Shown here piece by piece: positions 14,247 to 23,257 of a DNA stretch of 39,406 nt; within the stretch, counting starts at the first letter, position 1, and each line of letters opens with the position of its first letter. This stretch comes from Actinomycetota bacterium (GTDB lineage Bacteria; Actinomycetota; UBA4738; HRBIN12). Made by a program: the position numbers and the translations under genes. Below the pieces are notes generated by a model, which did not search any database, was not told the DNA's origin, and worked only from the letters and a program-made list of their open reading frames with translations. The DNA is taken from positions 1 through 39,406 of the forward strand of contig DATHVC010000264.1 in assembly GCA_035461565.1 (NCBI GenBank), in the 5' to 3' direction.

Positions 14247-16715
14247 ATGCAAGCGTTGCCGAGATCCCGCGTCATCGCGCCCCTCATCCCGCTGCTCGTG
14301 AGCCTCGTGGTCGCGTTCCTGGCGGTGCTGGTGGCGCTGGTCCTGCTTCCGTTGTTCACGGGGGCGACCATGAGCGTGAACGCGTTCCGGGATCGTCTCG
14401 AGGCGGCCGGGGTGGGCCGCGTTCAGATCCCGCGGCCCCCGGAGCGGTCGGTGATCTACGCGGCGGACGGCTCGGTCCTGGCGAAGGTGTTCCTGAACGA
14501 GAACCGGCGCATCGTCAAGCTCGAGAACGTGGCGGAGTCTGCCCGCAACGCCGTGCTCGCCATCGAAGACGCCGAGTTCTACTCGCACGGCGCGCTGGAC
14601 TTCCCCGGCCTGATCCGAGCGGCGCTCACCAACCTGGCGTCGGGCGAGATCGAACAGGGCGCCTCGACCATCTCACAACAGGTGGTGAAGAACGTCCTGA
14701 TCGAGTCGCCCGAGCGGACGTTCGCGCGGAAGTTCCAGGAGGCGGCGCTCGCCATCCGGCTGGAGCGCCGGTACTCGAAGGATCAGATCTTCGAGATCTA
14801 CCTGAACGAGGTGTACTTCGGGAACGGGGCCTACGGCATCGGCACGGCGTCCGAGACGTATTTCCGCAAACCCCCCGGACAGCTCAAGCTGGCGGAGGCG
14901 GCGCTCCTGGCCGGCTTGATCCAGGCGCCCGGCCGGTACGACCCGATCACAGACCCGACGTCGGCGGTCGCGCGCCGCAACGTGGTGATCGACCGGATGC
15001 ACGAGCTCGGCATGATCAGCGATCGGCGCACCCAGCGCGCCAAGCTGCAGAGAACGGGGTTGGCACCCGACGCCGGCCCACCGGAGCAGAGGGTCGAACC
15101 CTTCTTCGTCTACTTCATCCGCGAGCTCATCCTGTCCAACGAAGATGGCGAGTTCGACGTCCTCGGCAAGACCCGGCAGCAGCGAGTGCGCACCCTCTAC
15201 CAGGGAGGCCTCCGCATCTACACCACGCTGGAGCCGGAGTGGCAGCGTGCGGCGCAGCGCGCCGTAGACGCCAGCGCGCACATCAGCCGGAACGAAGGCC
15301 CCGACGTCTCGATCGTGTCGGTCGAGGCGACCACCGGAGCGGTCAAGACGATGTTGTCGGGCAAGAACTACCGGCGCGACCAGCTGGACCTGGTCTGGCA
15401 CGGCCGGAGGCAGGTGGGTTCGGCGTTCAAACCATTCACGCTCGCCGCCGCCTTCGTCGACGGGTTCCCGCCCGGCAAGGTCTATTCGTCCGCGTCGCCG
15501 CTGTGCGGGCTGGCCGGCTGGATCAGCGCCAGCGGCTGCGTGAGCAACGCCGAGGGTGGCGGCGACGCCGGCTACATGGACCTGTGGACGGCCACGCAGA
15601 ACTCGGTCAACGTCGTGTTCGCCCAGCTCGCCATCGACGTCGGGGCGGAGCGGATCGTGGAGACGGCCCAGGAGATGGGGATCACCGCGCCGATGGACGC
15701 CGTCCCCTCGATCACCCTCGGCGTCGAAGAGGTCTCGACGCTGGACATGGCGTCGGCGTACGGCACGTTGGCGAACGACGGGGTCCGCTGCCGGCCCTTC
15801 GCCGTTGCCCGGATCACGCAGCCCAAGGAGGGCGGCGGCTACCAGAACCTGTATCGGCACCGCCCCCAGTGTGAACAAGCGCTCGACGAGGACATCGCAC
15901 ACCTGGTGACCGGGATGCTCGAACGCGTCGTCACCGGCGGCACCGGACGGGCGGCGCAGATCGGGCGGCCGGTGGCCGGCAAGACGGGGACGGCGCAGGA
16001 CTACACGAACGTCTACTTCGCGGGATTCACGCCGCAGGTCTCGACGGCGGTGTGGGTCGGGTTCCCGGGGGGCCAGATCCCGATGAACACGTATTACGGC
16101 GGATCGGTGTTCGGCGGCACCGTCGCGGCGCCGATCTGGCAGGCCTTCATGTCCCAGGTGATCGGCGCCTATCCCGTCGAGGGCTTCGAGTCACCGCCGG
16201 CGCCGCAGCGCGGGCAGGTTCCCGACGTGGTCGGGCTCAAGTCGCAGGAGGCTCAGGCGATCCTCGTCGAGGCGAACTTCACCCCGATCGTGGAGAAGGT
16301 GGGCTCGTTCGAGCCCATGAACACGGTCCTGGCGCAGGATCCCGGCGGCGGTTCGACCGCCGTGCTCGGAAGCGCCGTGACGATCCAGGTGAGCAACGGC
16401 AAGGGCGAGTCGGTCGTCGTGCCGCGGGTCACCGGGCTGACCGAGCGAGAGGCGATCCGCCTGTTGCGCGATCGCGGTCTGGTGGCCGAGGTGGTCCGAG
16501 TGCCGGTGGACGATCGCGGTCTCGACGGGATCGTGGTCCGCCAGACGCCGGTCAGCGACGGCAACGAGATCGTCGACCCCGGCGCCACGGTAACGCTCGA
16601 GGTTGGCCAATATTCGGGCGGGAACGGCGGCGACGGCGGCGAAGGAGACGGAGGGAACGAAGACAAGGGGAAGGACAACGAAGACGCCGCCATGGCGCCG
16701 AGACGGATCGCCTGA
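14247..16715 (+). CDS. Class A penicillin-binding protein (GT51 transglycosylase plus transpeptidase) with two C-terminal PASTA domains. It is PonA2-like.
   Basis: Motifs seen: AIEDAEFYSHG, GASTISQQVVKN and RKFQEA (GT51); SAFKPF (SxxK) and KTGT (transpeptidase); PASTA-like VPDVVGLKSQEAQAIL and VPRVTGLTEREAIRLL. The tail is acidic and Gly-rich. Confidence 0.9.
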   Translation: MQALPRSRVIAPLIPLLVSLVVAFLAVLVALVLLPLFTGATMSVNAFRDRLEAAGVGRVQIPRPPERSVIYAADGSVLAKVFLNENRRIVKLENVAESARNAVLAIEDAEFYSHGALDFPGLIRAALTNLASGEIEQGASTISQQVVKNVLIESPERTFARKFQEAALAIRLERRYSKDQIFEIYLNEVYFGNGAYGIGTASETYFRKPPGQLKLAEAALLAGLIQAPGRYDPITDPTSAVARRNVVIDRMHELGMISDRRTQRAKLQRTGLAPDAGPPEQRVEPFFVYFIRELILSNEDGEFDVLGKTRQQRVRTLYQGGLRIYTTLEPEWQRAAQRAVDASAHISRNEGPDVSIVSVEATTGAVKTMLSGKNYRRDQLDLVWHGRRQVGSAFKPFTLAAAFVDGFPPGKVYSSASPLCGLAGWISASGCVSNAEGGGDAGYMDLWTATQNSVNVVFAQLAIDVGAERIVETAQEMGITAPMDAVPSITLGVEEVSTLDMASAYGTLANDGVRCRPFAVARITQPKEGGGYQNLYRHRPQCEQALDEDIAHLVTGMLERVVTGGTGRAAQIGRPVAGKTGTAQDYTNVYFAGFTPQVSTAVWVGFPGGQIPMNTYYGGSVFGGTVAAPIWQAFMSQVIGAYPVEGFESPPAPQRGQVPDVVGLKSQEAQAILVEANFTPIVEKVGSFEPMNTVLAQDPGGGSTAVLGSAVTIQVSNGKGESVVVPRVTGLTEREAIRLLRDRGLVAEVVRVPVDDRGLDGIVVRQTPVSDGNEIVDPGATVTLEVGQYSGGNGGDGGEGDGGNEDKGKDNEDAAMAPRRIA

Positions 16716-16724
16716 GGAGTCCCC

Positions 16725-17198
16725 TCAGCCTTCCAACCGTTCACGGACCTTGGCCTGCACGGCGCTCCCGTCGACGCGCCCCTTGGCCCGGCCCATCACG
16801 ACCCCCATCACCTTGCCCATCTCCCGCATCGACGTGGCGCCGGTGGCGGCGATGGCCTCGTCGACCAGGGCGTCCACGGCGGCCTCGTCCAGCGGTTCGG
16901 GCGCGAACGCTCGAAGGACCTCGCGTTCGGCGCGTTCGCGTTCGACCAGGTCCTCCCGCCCGCCGGCCTCGAACGCCTCGATCGCCTCGGTGCGCCTCTT
17001 GACCTCTTTGCTCGCGACCTCGCGCACCTCGTCGTCGTCGAGCTCGTGACGGAGCTCCTTCTCTCGGTTCGTGATCGAGGTGGCGAGCATCCGCAGCGCG
17101 GCGAGCCGGATCTTGTCGCCGGACCGCATGGCCTCCGTCATATCGGCGCGAACCCGCGCCTTGACGGTGGACTCGCCCACCGTAGACTCGCCTCCCAT
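16725..17198 (-). CDS. GatB/YqeY domain-containing protein.
   Basis: Segments seen: ADMTEAMRSGDKIRLAALRML...KE, EAIEAFEAGGREDLVERERAE and MGKVMG. The start is uncertain. ATG 17198 overlaps the divergent start by 2 nt, and GTG 17180 (GGGAGG 10 nt upstream) is an alternative. Confidence 0.8.
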   Translation of the reverse strand: MGGESTVGESTVKARVRADMTEAMRSGDKIRLAALRMLATSITNREKELRHELDDDEVREVASKEVKRRTEAIEAFEAGGREDLVERERAEREVLRAFAPEPLDEAAVDALVDEAIAATGATSMREMGKVMGVVMGRAKGRVDGSAVQAKVRERLEG

Positions 17199-18072
17199 GG
17201 TCCTCGAAGCGGTGCTCGTCCTCGTCGCGGCGGGGATCGTGTGCGTCGCCTACGGCGTGCTGATCGAGCGCCGCGCGTACCGGCTGGTGCGCCGGGACGT
17301 CGCCATCCTACCGGCGCACGGTCCACGAACGCTGCGGGTCCTGCACCTGTCCGACCTGCACTTCGTTCGCGGAGACCGGCGAAAGGCCCGGTTCCTCGCC
17401 GCGCTTCCCGAGGCCGACGTCACGGTCGTCACCGGCGACTTCCTGGCCGAACCCGAAGCGGTCGATTTGGCCGTCGACGCGGTGCGGAGCACGCGGGGGC
17501 GTCTCGCGTCGTGGTTCGTCCTCGGGTCGAACGACTACTACGCGCCCCGGCCGATCAACCCGTTCGCGTATTTCCTCGGCGGGAGCAACCGCCGCTCGCG
17601 CCGGGCCCGCCGGGGCCCCTGGACCGCCCTGGTCGGGGCGCTCGAGGACGACGGATGGGTGGACCTTCGCAACGACCGTTTCCAGGTCGACCTGGACGGA
17701 CTTCCCCTGGAGGTCCTCGGCCTGGACGATGCCCACATCCGCCGCCAGGACCTCCGGCTCGCCCCGCGACGCGCGCCGGAGCGGTTCGGGATGGCCGTCA
17801 TGCACTCCCCTGACAGCGCTCCGGAGGCGGTGGCGTGCGGCTACGGCTTCGTCGTCGCCGGCCACACCCACGGCGGCCAGGTCCGACTGCCGCTGATCGG
17901 CGCCCTCATCACGAACTCGCATCTGCCCCGACGGATGGCTTCGGGTCTGGTGCGGTTCGGAGACGCGTTCGTGCACGTCTCGCCCGGGCTCGGCACGAGC
18001 AAGTTCGCGCCCTTCCGCTTCTTCTGCCCACCCGAGGCGACGCTGCTCGAGCTCCGCCGCGCGCCTCAGTAG
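17197..18072 (+). CDS. Metallophosphoesterase (calcineurin-like) with an N-terminal TM helix.
   Basis: Motifs seen: LHLSDLHF, VTGDF, LGSNDYY, MHSPD and GHTHGGQVRLP. Confidence 0.85.
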   Translation: MVLEAVLVLVAAGIVCVAYGVLIERRAYRLVRRDVAILPAHGPRTLRVLHLSDLHFVRGDRRKARFLAALPEADVTVVTGDFLAEPEAVDLAVDAVRSTRGRLASWFVLGSNDYYAPRPINPFAYFLGGSNRRSRRARRGPWTALVGALEDDGWVDLRNDRFQVDLDGLPLEVLGLDDAHIRRQDLRLAPRRAPERFGMAVMHSPDSAPEAVACGYGFVVAGHTHGGQVRLPLIGALITNSHLPRRMASGLVRFGDAFVHVSPGLGTSKFAPFRFFCPPEATLLELRRAPQ

Positions 18073-19526
18073 AGCTCACGCGCAGAAGGAGAGCCGCCTT
18101 CCGTGTCGATGCCGTTCCACGGCGGCACGATCACGCGCCGGTAGCCGGGTTTACCTCGCAGCATGACCAGCCGGTCCTCGACGTTGTTGGCCGCGGCGCC
18201 CTCGAGCATCGAGCCCGTCGGGTTGACGTGCACCCGGACGTAGTAGTCGCCGTTCGGCAGATTCGAGATGTCGAAGGCCTGGCCGGCCACGAACTGCGAA
18301 TACGTGTCGCCCCAGCCGACGTCGAGGATCTCTCGGATCCACAAGGCGCTGGGGCCGCCGCACATGGTGAACAGGTCGCCGCCGAACGCGGTCCAGTTCG
18401 CGTTGGGAACCGACAGGTCGATCGCGTCGGTGTTCGCCAGGCACCACGACTGTTTGCCGCTGATGGCCACCTCGCCGGAGTCGGCGTCGAGCAGCGTGTA
18501 CTCCGTGAACTGCTGGAAGTGCCAGTGGTGGTGCGCGGGGTGGAACTCCAGATGGCCGATCGGGGTCCTCCCGACCGGCCGGCCATCCACCAGGAAGTAT
18601 TGGTAGGCCTCCATCAGGTCCTCGTTGTGGCCGCGGAACCCCTCCACCACAAGCGTGCCGGGTCCCGCGTTCCACTCCGTGGCGGAGAACCCGAGGTAGT
18701 CGCGTCCCTTGCGGTGGTAGGTCGACATGCCCCAGGCGGGAAGGGCGATCAGGTCGGGCAGGCCCCTGGGGTCGGGGTTCGTAACCACCGGGACCGACGG
18801 GAAGCCGCGGCCGGTCGGCGCGGCCGGCCGGGGAGGTTCTCCGCCGTCGCGGCTCCGGCCGGTGACCTTCACCGTCACGAACGTCTCGGCGTCCTCCTCG
18901 GCGATGTCGAGCACCTCTACCCACGCCGGGTCGATCCACACGCGCACGCGGTACCGCTTGCCGGGCGCCTCGAACACCAGGCCGTAGTCGCTGACCGCCG
19001 CGACGGCCCAATGATCGTCGATGCCCCAGACCATTCCCCTGGTGAACGGGTTCCCGCCGCAGAAGCTCGGATACGAGGGGGTCATGGGCCCGTCATCGGA
19101 CAGGCGCGCCCGCGAGTAGCCGTTCGGGCAGAAGGGCAAGGCCTGCCGAAGGACCAACCGACCCCGGCCGTCGCGAACGCTCACGTGGACGAAGTCCCGC
19201 AGGCCGCTCCAGCCGTCGAGCATCTCGACCGGCAACGTCCGCACTACCGTCCCGGTGAGCGGGTCGACCTGCGAGACCGAGATGGGCGTCTCGTAGTCCG
19301 GCCGAGCCATGACGAGCTCGAAGCCCCCACCCACGCTCGCGATCCAGGTTCCCGGGTCCACCCACACGAAGTCGTCGCTCTGGCGGCGGACCTCGATGCT
19401 CGAGGCGCCCGCGAACAACCGGAGCGTGGGCGGCGCGGCGGCCTCCGCCGCCGGGGCGATCCCGAGCACGACGGTGAAGGCGAGCGTGATGACCCAGAAC
19501 GGCGAGGTTCGGCGCCCGAGGCGCAT
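18066..19526 (-). CDS. Secreted lysyl-oxidase-like copper amine oxidase: an N-terminal unknown domain plus a C-terminal LOX catalytic domain.
   Basis: Signal peptide MRLGRRTSPFWVITLAFTVVLGIAPAAEA. Motifs seen: LEFHPAHHHWHF (LOX Cu-binding His motif), GKQSWCLANTD (LTQ lysine context), and GWGDTYSQ...FDISNLPNGDYYVRVHVNP (LTQ tyrosine context). A GGGAGGA RBS precedes ATG 19526, and ATG 19541 is an alternative start. Confidence 0.75.
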   Translation of the reverse strand: MRLGRRTSPFWVITLAFTVVLGIAPAAEAAAPPTLRLFAGASSIEVRRQSDDFVWVDPGTWIASVGGGFELVMARPDYETPISVSQVDPLTGTVVRTLPVEMLDGWSGLRDFVHVSVRDGRGRLVLRQALPFCPNGYSRARLSDDGPMTPSYPSFCGGNPFTRGMVWGIDDHWAVAAVSDYGLVFEAPGKRYRVRVWIDPAWVEVLDIAEEDAETFVTVKVTGRSRDGGEPPRPAAPTGRGFPSVPVVTNPDPRGLPDLIALPAWGMSTYHRKGRDYLGFSATEWNAGPGTLVVEGFRGHNEDLMEAYQYFLVDGRPVGRTPIGHLEFHPAHHHWHFQQFTEYTLLDADSGEVAISGKQSWCLANTDAIDLSVPNANWTAFGGDLFTMCGGPSALWIREILDVGWGDTYSQFVAGQAFDISNLPNGDYYVRVHVNPTGSMLEGAAANNVEDRLVMLRGKPGYRRVIVPPWNGIDTEGGSPSARELY

Positions 19527-19607
19527 GGGGGTTCCTCCCATCGACGGAAGTGGCCGGATGGTACGGGTTCGAGACGATCGGCGGCGGAAGGAGGTTCCTC
19601 CGAAGGT

Positions 19608-20642
19608 TCAGGAGGCGGCGACGACTCGCTCGAAGACGCGGAGATACCCCTCCACCATGGCGCGTTTCGAGAAGAGGCGTTCGACACGCTCCCGGCACGC
19701 CGACGGATCGATCTCGTCCAGGCGGTCCAGCAGCCGGGCGGCCTCCTCCTCAAAGTCCTCCACGTCGACGATCCAGCCGGTCACGCCGGGATCGATCACC
19801 TCGGGCACCGAACCTCGCGGCGTTCCGATGACCGGCGTGCCGCAGGCCATGGCTTCGGTCATCACCAGACCGAACGGCTCCGGCCAGTCGATCGGGAACA
19901 GGACCGCCCGGGCGCGTCGCAGCAGGTCGATCTTCTGTTCGTGGCCGATCTCGCCCAGGACCTCGAAGTCCGCCGGTAGGGCGGGCTGGATGTTCGTCCT
20001 CCACTCCTCGACCTCGGTGGAGTGGGCGATCTTGACCGCCGACACGAGCCGGATGCCCGCGCGCTTCGCGGTCTCGATGGCGCGACGCCAGCCCTTCTCG
20101 GGCGCCGCGCGTCCGAGGAACAGGACGAAGTCCTCCCGCTCCCCTCCGAGCGGATAGGCGTCCAGGTCGATGCCGTTGTGGACGACGCCGGCGTATCGCA
20201 GTTCCGGGCCCATCCGTCGTTGGGCCTGACTGATCGCCACGTACCAGGCTCGCTCGGCGGCGAGCGAATACAGGCGCGTCATCGCGGGCGTGAAGGAACC
20301 GTGGAGCGTGTGCACCGTCGGCACTCCCGACTCCAGGGCGGTCGCGAAGGCCGAGAACGGCGTGTGCACATGCAGGAGGTCGAACCGCTCTCGCGCGTCC
20401 CGAAGAGCGTACAGGGTGTGCGTCGTGTCCAGGATCGGGTCGTTGATGAGCCCGGAGCCCGGAGCCTCCTCGAACACGTACTCCAGGTTCGCCTTGCTCA
20501 CCGAATCGCCGGTCGCGAACAACGTGACCTCGTGCCCGGCTTCGGCGAGCCCGTCCGCGAGCAGCGCCACCACCCATTCGATGCCGCCGTAGCCTTTCGG
20601 CGGGACGGCCAGCCAGGGCGGACAGACCTGCGCGATCCTCAC
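19608..20642 (-). CDS. Glycosyltransferase family 4.
   Basis: Motifs seen: MRIAQVCPPWLAVPPKGYGGIEWVV, GHEVTLFATGDS and EPFGLVMTEAMACGTPVIG (E-x7-E region). Confidence 0.85.
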   Translation of the reverse strand: MRIAQVCPPWLAVPPKGYGGIEWVVALLADGLAEAGHEVTLFATGDSVSKANLEYVFEEAPGSGLINDPILDTTHTLYALRDARERFDLLHVHTPFSAFATALESGVPTVHTLHGSFTPAMTRLYSLAAERAWYVAISQAQRRMGPELRYAGVVHNGIDLDAYPLGGEREDFVLFLGRAAPEKGWRRAIETAKRAGIRLVSAVKIAHSTEVEEWRTNIQPALPADFEVLGEIGHEQKIDLLRRARAVLFPIDWPEPFGLVMTEAMACGTPVIGTPRGSVPEVIDPGVTGWIVDVEDFEEEAARLLDRLDEIDPSACRERVERLFSKRAMVEGYLRVFERVVAAS

Positions 20643-20756
20643 TACGGCTGCCCTCTCGTGATCCGAGCCTTCGATCCGGTGCGGAGCCTACCCGGTTGCG
20701 CCCCGAAGAAGCGGTTGGGACCGAGCCGCGTCCGCCACCCGGTAGACTGCCCCGCA

Positions 20757-20830
20757 CGGGACGTGGCGCAGTTTGGTAGCGCGCAGCGTTCGGGACGCTG
20801 AGGTCGCGGGTTCAAATCCCGCCGTCCCGA
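20757..20830 (+). tRNA. tRNA-Pro (anticodon CGG).
   Basis: Cloverleaf folded by hand. Acceptor stem CGGGACG/CGTCCCG; D-stem GCGC/GCGC; anticodon stem CAGCG/CGCTG with loop TTCGGGA; variable loop AGGTC; T-arm GCGGG-TTCAAAT-CCCGC; discriminator A. CCA is not encoded. Confidence 0.9.
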
Positions 20831-20971
20831 CGGGAACCGGCCGAACGACCCGGTCGGAACAACTACGGGTGGGGTTCCTGTCCGAAGGACTGGATGTTTG
20901 ACGGGCCCCGGGGCCCTGGATACCCTCGGGCGGGCCGTGGTGAAGACGGCTCGAGCGGTGTTCGGAGGCAG

Positions 20972-22027
20972 ATGACCAGAGGCAGGAGCCGGCTCGCGGC
21001 ACGGCTGACGATCGTGCTCGTCATGGTCGCCGTCTCCGTCGGCTCCGCCTCCCTGACGTCGGCGCAACCCACCCAGGAGGAGGTCCGCCGGGCCGAGGAG
21101 CGCCTGGACGCCCTCAACCGCGAGCTCTCCCTGCTCGTGGAGCAGTACAACCAGGCGCAGATCCGGCTCCAGCAGGTCGAGGAGCGGCTGGCCGAGGTGC
21201 GGACCGCCGCCCAGCAAGCCGAGGACGACGCCGCGAAGGCGACGGCGAGCCTCAATCGACGGGCCGCCCGGGCCTACACCGGGATCGGGTCCCAGTTCGC
21301 CGTGTTGTTCGACGCCACCTCGATCTCCGACTTCACCGACCGGATGGAGTTCCTCGGGAGCATGGCCCAGCAGGACGCGGACCTGGCCACCGCGGCGGAG
21401 CTGGCTCGCCAGAAAGCCCAATGGACGGCGGAGGAGCTGGCCGCGACGGCCGACGAGCGGCGCGATGCGGTCGCCGAGATCGACGCCAAACGCGACCAGA
21501 TCCAGGCGCGGGTGGCCGATGCGCGCGCGCTGTACGAGGAGCTGGATCGGGAGTATCACGAGGCGCTGGCCGCCGCCCGCGCCGCCGCCCAGGCGGCCGC
21601 GCAGCAACCGTCGTCCGGGGGAACCCCCGGCGGTTCCACCGGCGGCTCGCCGATCCCGCCGCCCCCCGCCCCCAACGGCAACGTCCAGGCCGTCCTCGAT
21701 GCCGCGTATTCGGTCATCGGAACGCCCTACCAGTGGGGCGGGTCGAGCCCGGAGACGGGCTTCGACTGCTCCGGCTTCACGATGTGGTCCTGGGCCCACG
21801 CCGGGGTCTCGCTGCCGCATTCGTCGGCGGCGCAGTACGCGGCGCTGCCCCACGTCGCCCGCTCGGACCTGCAGCCGGGCGACCTCCTGTTCTTCTACAG
21901 CCCGATCTCCCACGTGGCCATGTACGTCGGCGGCGACCGAATGATCCACTCGTCGCACCCCGGCACGACCGTCGGCGTGGTGGCCGTCTATTGGGAGCAC
22001 TTCGTGGGCGCCGCGCGCCCCGGCTGA
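20972..22027 (+). CDS. NlpC/P60 peptidoglycan endopeptidase with an N-terminal coiled-coil (RipA-like).
   Basis: Signal peptide, a long coiled-coil, GTPYQWGGSSPETGFDCSGF (catalytic Cys) and SHVAMYVGGDRMIHS (His). A GGAGG RBS precedes the ATG. Confidence 0.9.
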   Translation: MTRGRSRLAARLTIVLVMVAVSVGSASLTSAQPTQEEVRRAEERLDALNRELSLLVEQYNQAQIRLQQVEERLAEVRTAAQQAEDDAAKATASLNRRAARAYTGIGSQFAVLFDATSISDFTDRMEFLGSMAQQDADLATAAELARQKAQWTAEELAATADERRDAVAEIDAKRDQIQARVADARALYEELDREYHEALAAARAAAQAAAQQPSSGGTPGGSTGGSPIPPPPAPNGNVQAVLDAAYSVIGTPYQWGGSSPETGFDCSGFTMWSWAHAGVSLPHSSAAQYAALPHVARSDLQPGDLLFFYSPISHVAMYVGGDRMIHSSHPGTTVGVVAVYWEHFVGAARPG

Positions 22028-22080
22028 TCGACCGCCCGTCCCAAGCACCTCCCCCGCCGGCGTGATATGCCTTCGCCCCG

Positions 22081-22740
22081 ATGGCCTGTTCGCAGACGCT
22101 CGCCTCGTCCGACGACCTCGACCTGGTCCAACGGCTTCGCGCCGGCGACGAGCGGGCGTTCATGACGCTGGTCGAGCGGTACCAGCCCGCCATGTTGCGG
22201 ATCGCGAGGATGTACGTCTCCACCGGGGCGGTGGCCGAAGAGGTCGTGCAGGACGCGTGGCTGGGCGTCCTGAAGGGGCTCGACGGGTTCGAGGGGCGCG
22301 CGTCCCTTCGGACGTGGATCTTCCGAATCCTGGTCAACATCGCCAAGTCCCGCGGGGCGCGCGAGGCCCGAAGCGTTCCGTTCTCCTCGGTCTGGACCCC
22401 CGACCCGGACGCCGAACCCGCCGTGGAGCTCGACCGCTTCTTGCCGGAATCGCACGAGCGCTGGCCGGGGCACTGGGTGTCTCCCCCGGCCGCCTGGGAG
22501 ACCGTTCCGGAGCAGCGGCTGCTCTCGACCGAGACGATCCGCCGGGTGGCCGAGGCCATCGACGGGCTCCCCGGGAACCAGCGAGAGGTGATCCGGCTGC
22601 GGGACGTATTGGGGTGGTCCTCGCAGGAGGTGTGTAACGCGCTCGACCTGTCCGAGACCAATCAGCGGGTGCTCCTGCACCGGGCCCGGGCCAAGGTGCG
22701 CCGGGCCCTCGAGGAGTACCTGACGGAGGGGGCGACGTGA
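22081..22740 (+). CDS. ECF-type RNA polymerase sigma-70 factor.
   Basis: Region 2: FMTLVERYQPAMLRIARMYV, AEEVVQDAWLGVLKGL and TWIFRILVN. Region 4: LPGNQREVIRLRDVLGWSSQEVCNALDLSETNQRVLLHRAR. Confidence 0.9.
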   Translation: MACSQTLASSDDLDLVQRLRAGDERAFMTLVERYQPAMLRIARMYVSTGAVAEEVVQDAWLGVLKGLDGFEGRASLRTWIFRILVNIAKSRGAREARSVPFSSVWTPDPDAEPAVELDRFLPESHERWPGHWVSPPAAWETVPEQRLLSTETIRRVAEAIDGLPGNQREVIRLRDVLGWSSQEVCNALDLSETNQRVLLHRARAKVRRALEEYLTEGAT

Positions 22741-22988
22741 ACGCGCCCACGAAGATGAACTGCCGAACGCTGGTCGAGCTCGTCACTGACTATCTCGAGG
22801 GTGCGCTCGGCGACGCCGAGCGCACGGCGGTCGAGGCCCACCTCGCGCAGTGCGACGGCTGCACGAACTACCTCGAGCAGATCCGAACGACCATCCGGGT
22901 CACCGGCCACCTGCACGAAGAGCAGATTCCCGCCGAGGCGCGAGAGCCGCTGCTGCGCGTCTTCCGCGACTGGACGGCCGAGCGGTAG
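22737..22988 (+). CDS. Zinc-binding anti-sigma factor (ZAS, RsrA/RshA-like).
   Basis: C-x27-H-x3-C-x2-C pattern (CRTLVE...HLAQCDGC). The GTG start overlaps the sigma gene stop (GTGA at 22737-22740). Confidence 0.8.
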   Translation: MNAPTKMNCRTLVELVTDYLEGALGDAERTAVEAHLAQCDGCTNYLEQIRTTIRVTGHLHEEQIPAEAREPLLRVFRDWTAER

Positions 22989-22991
22989 AGG

Positions 22992-23189
22992 TCAGTCCTC
23001 AGGCAGGTCCGCGAGCCGTGTGTCGGCCTGTTGGACCAACGCGTCGTTTCCGATCTCCTCGGCGGCCGAACGCGCCTGCTCGAGCAGCTCGCGAGCCTGT
23101 CGCCGCCGAACGTCCTGCTTTCCGGCGGTGGCGTACTTCAGCTTCTCGTCGGCCTTCACGATGAGCTCGAAGATCTCCCTGGGGTCCAC
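22992..23189 (-). CDS. Small hypothetical helical protein (65 aa).
   Basis: An AAGGAG RBS lies 6 nt upstream of GTG 23189. The sequence is charged, helical and protein-like (VDPREIFELIVKADEKLKYATAGKQDV...). The longer ORF head overlaps the TrxR gene end and is Arg-rich shadow. Confidence 0.5.
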   Translation of the reverse strand: MDPREIFELIVKADEKLKYATAGKQDVRRRQARELLEQARSAAEEIGNDALVQQADTRLADLPED

Positions 23190-23257
23190 GGCGCGCTCCT
23201 TCTCTCCGTGGGAGGCTACCGCTCGCCCGACGGCTCGCTCATGGACTTCCCACGCCC

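Noticed and set aside
19527-19607. The duplicated GGTTCCTCC motif in the spacer between the GT4 gene and the LOX-like gene, considered as a regulatory repeat.
   Set aside because: On the coding strand one copy is simply the Shine-Dalgarno region (GGGAGGAACCCCCATG) of the LOX-like gene. The other forms only a 5-bp GGAGG/CCTCC stem with a 2-nt loop, so there is not enough structure to call it.
20757-20830. tRNA-Pro as an integration site for a genomic island carrying the neighbouring LOX-like and GT4 genes.
   Set aside because: There is no integrase, recombinase or excisionase gene on either side. I could not find a direct repeat of the tRNA 3' end elsewhere in the window.
20903-20916. Perfect 14-nt palindrome GGGCCCCGGGGCCC in the NlpC/P60 leader, and a 7-bp hairpin (CCGGCCG-N7-CGGTCGG, 20837-20857) just after tRNA-Pro.
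   Set aside because: Short GC palindromes arise easily at this GC content. Neither is followed by a U-tract, so calling them terminators or regulatory hairpins is not justified from sequence alone.
20831-20971. Possible ydaO-type (c-di-AMP) riboswitch in the 140-nt leader of the NlpC/P60 gene. This riboswitch is common upstream of cell-wall hydrolases in actinobacteria.
   Set aside because: The conserved cores I remember (GGGGA.CCA, GGGGUGAAUC, CCCGAA.CCG.CAGCUAACCUCGUA) are not present. Only a vague ACGGGUGGGGUU resemblance exists. A covariance-model scan (Rfam RF00379) would settle it.
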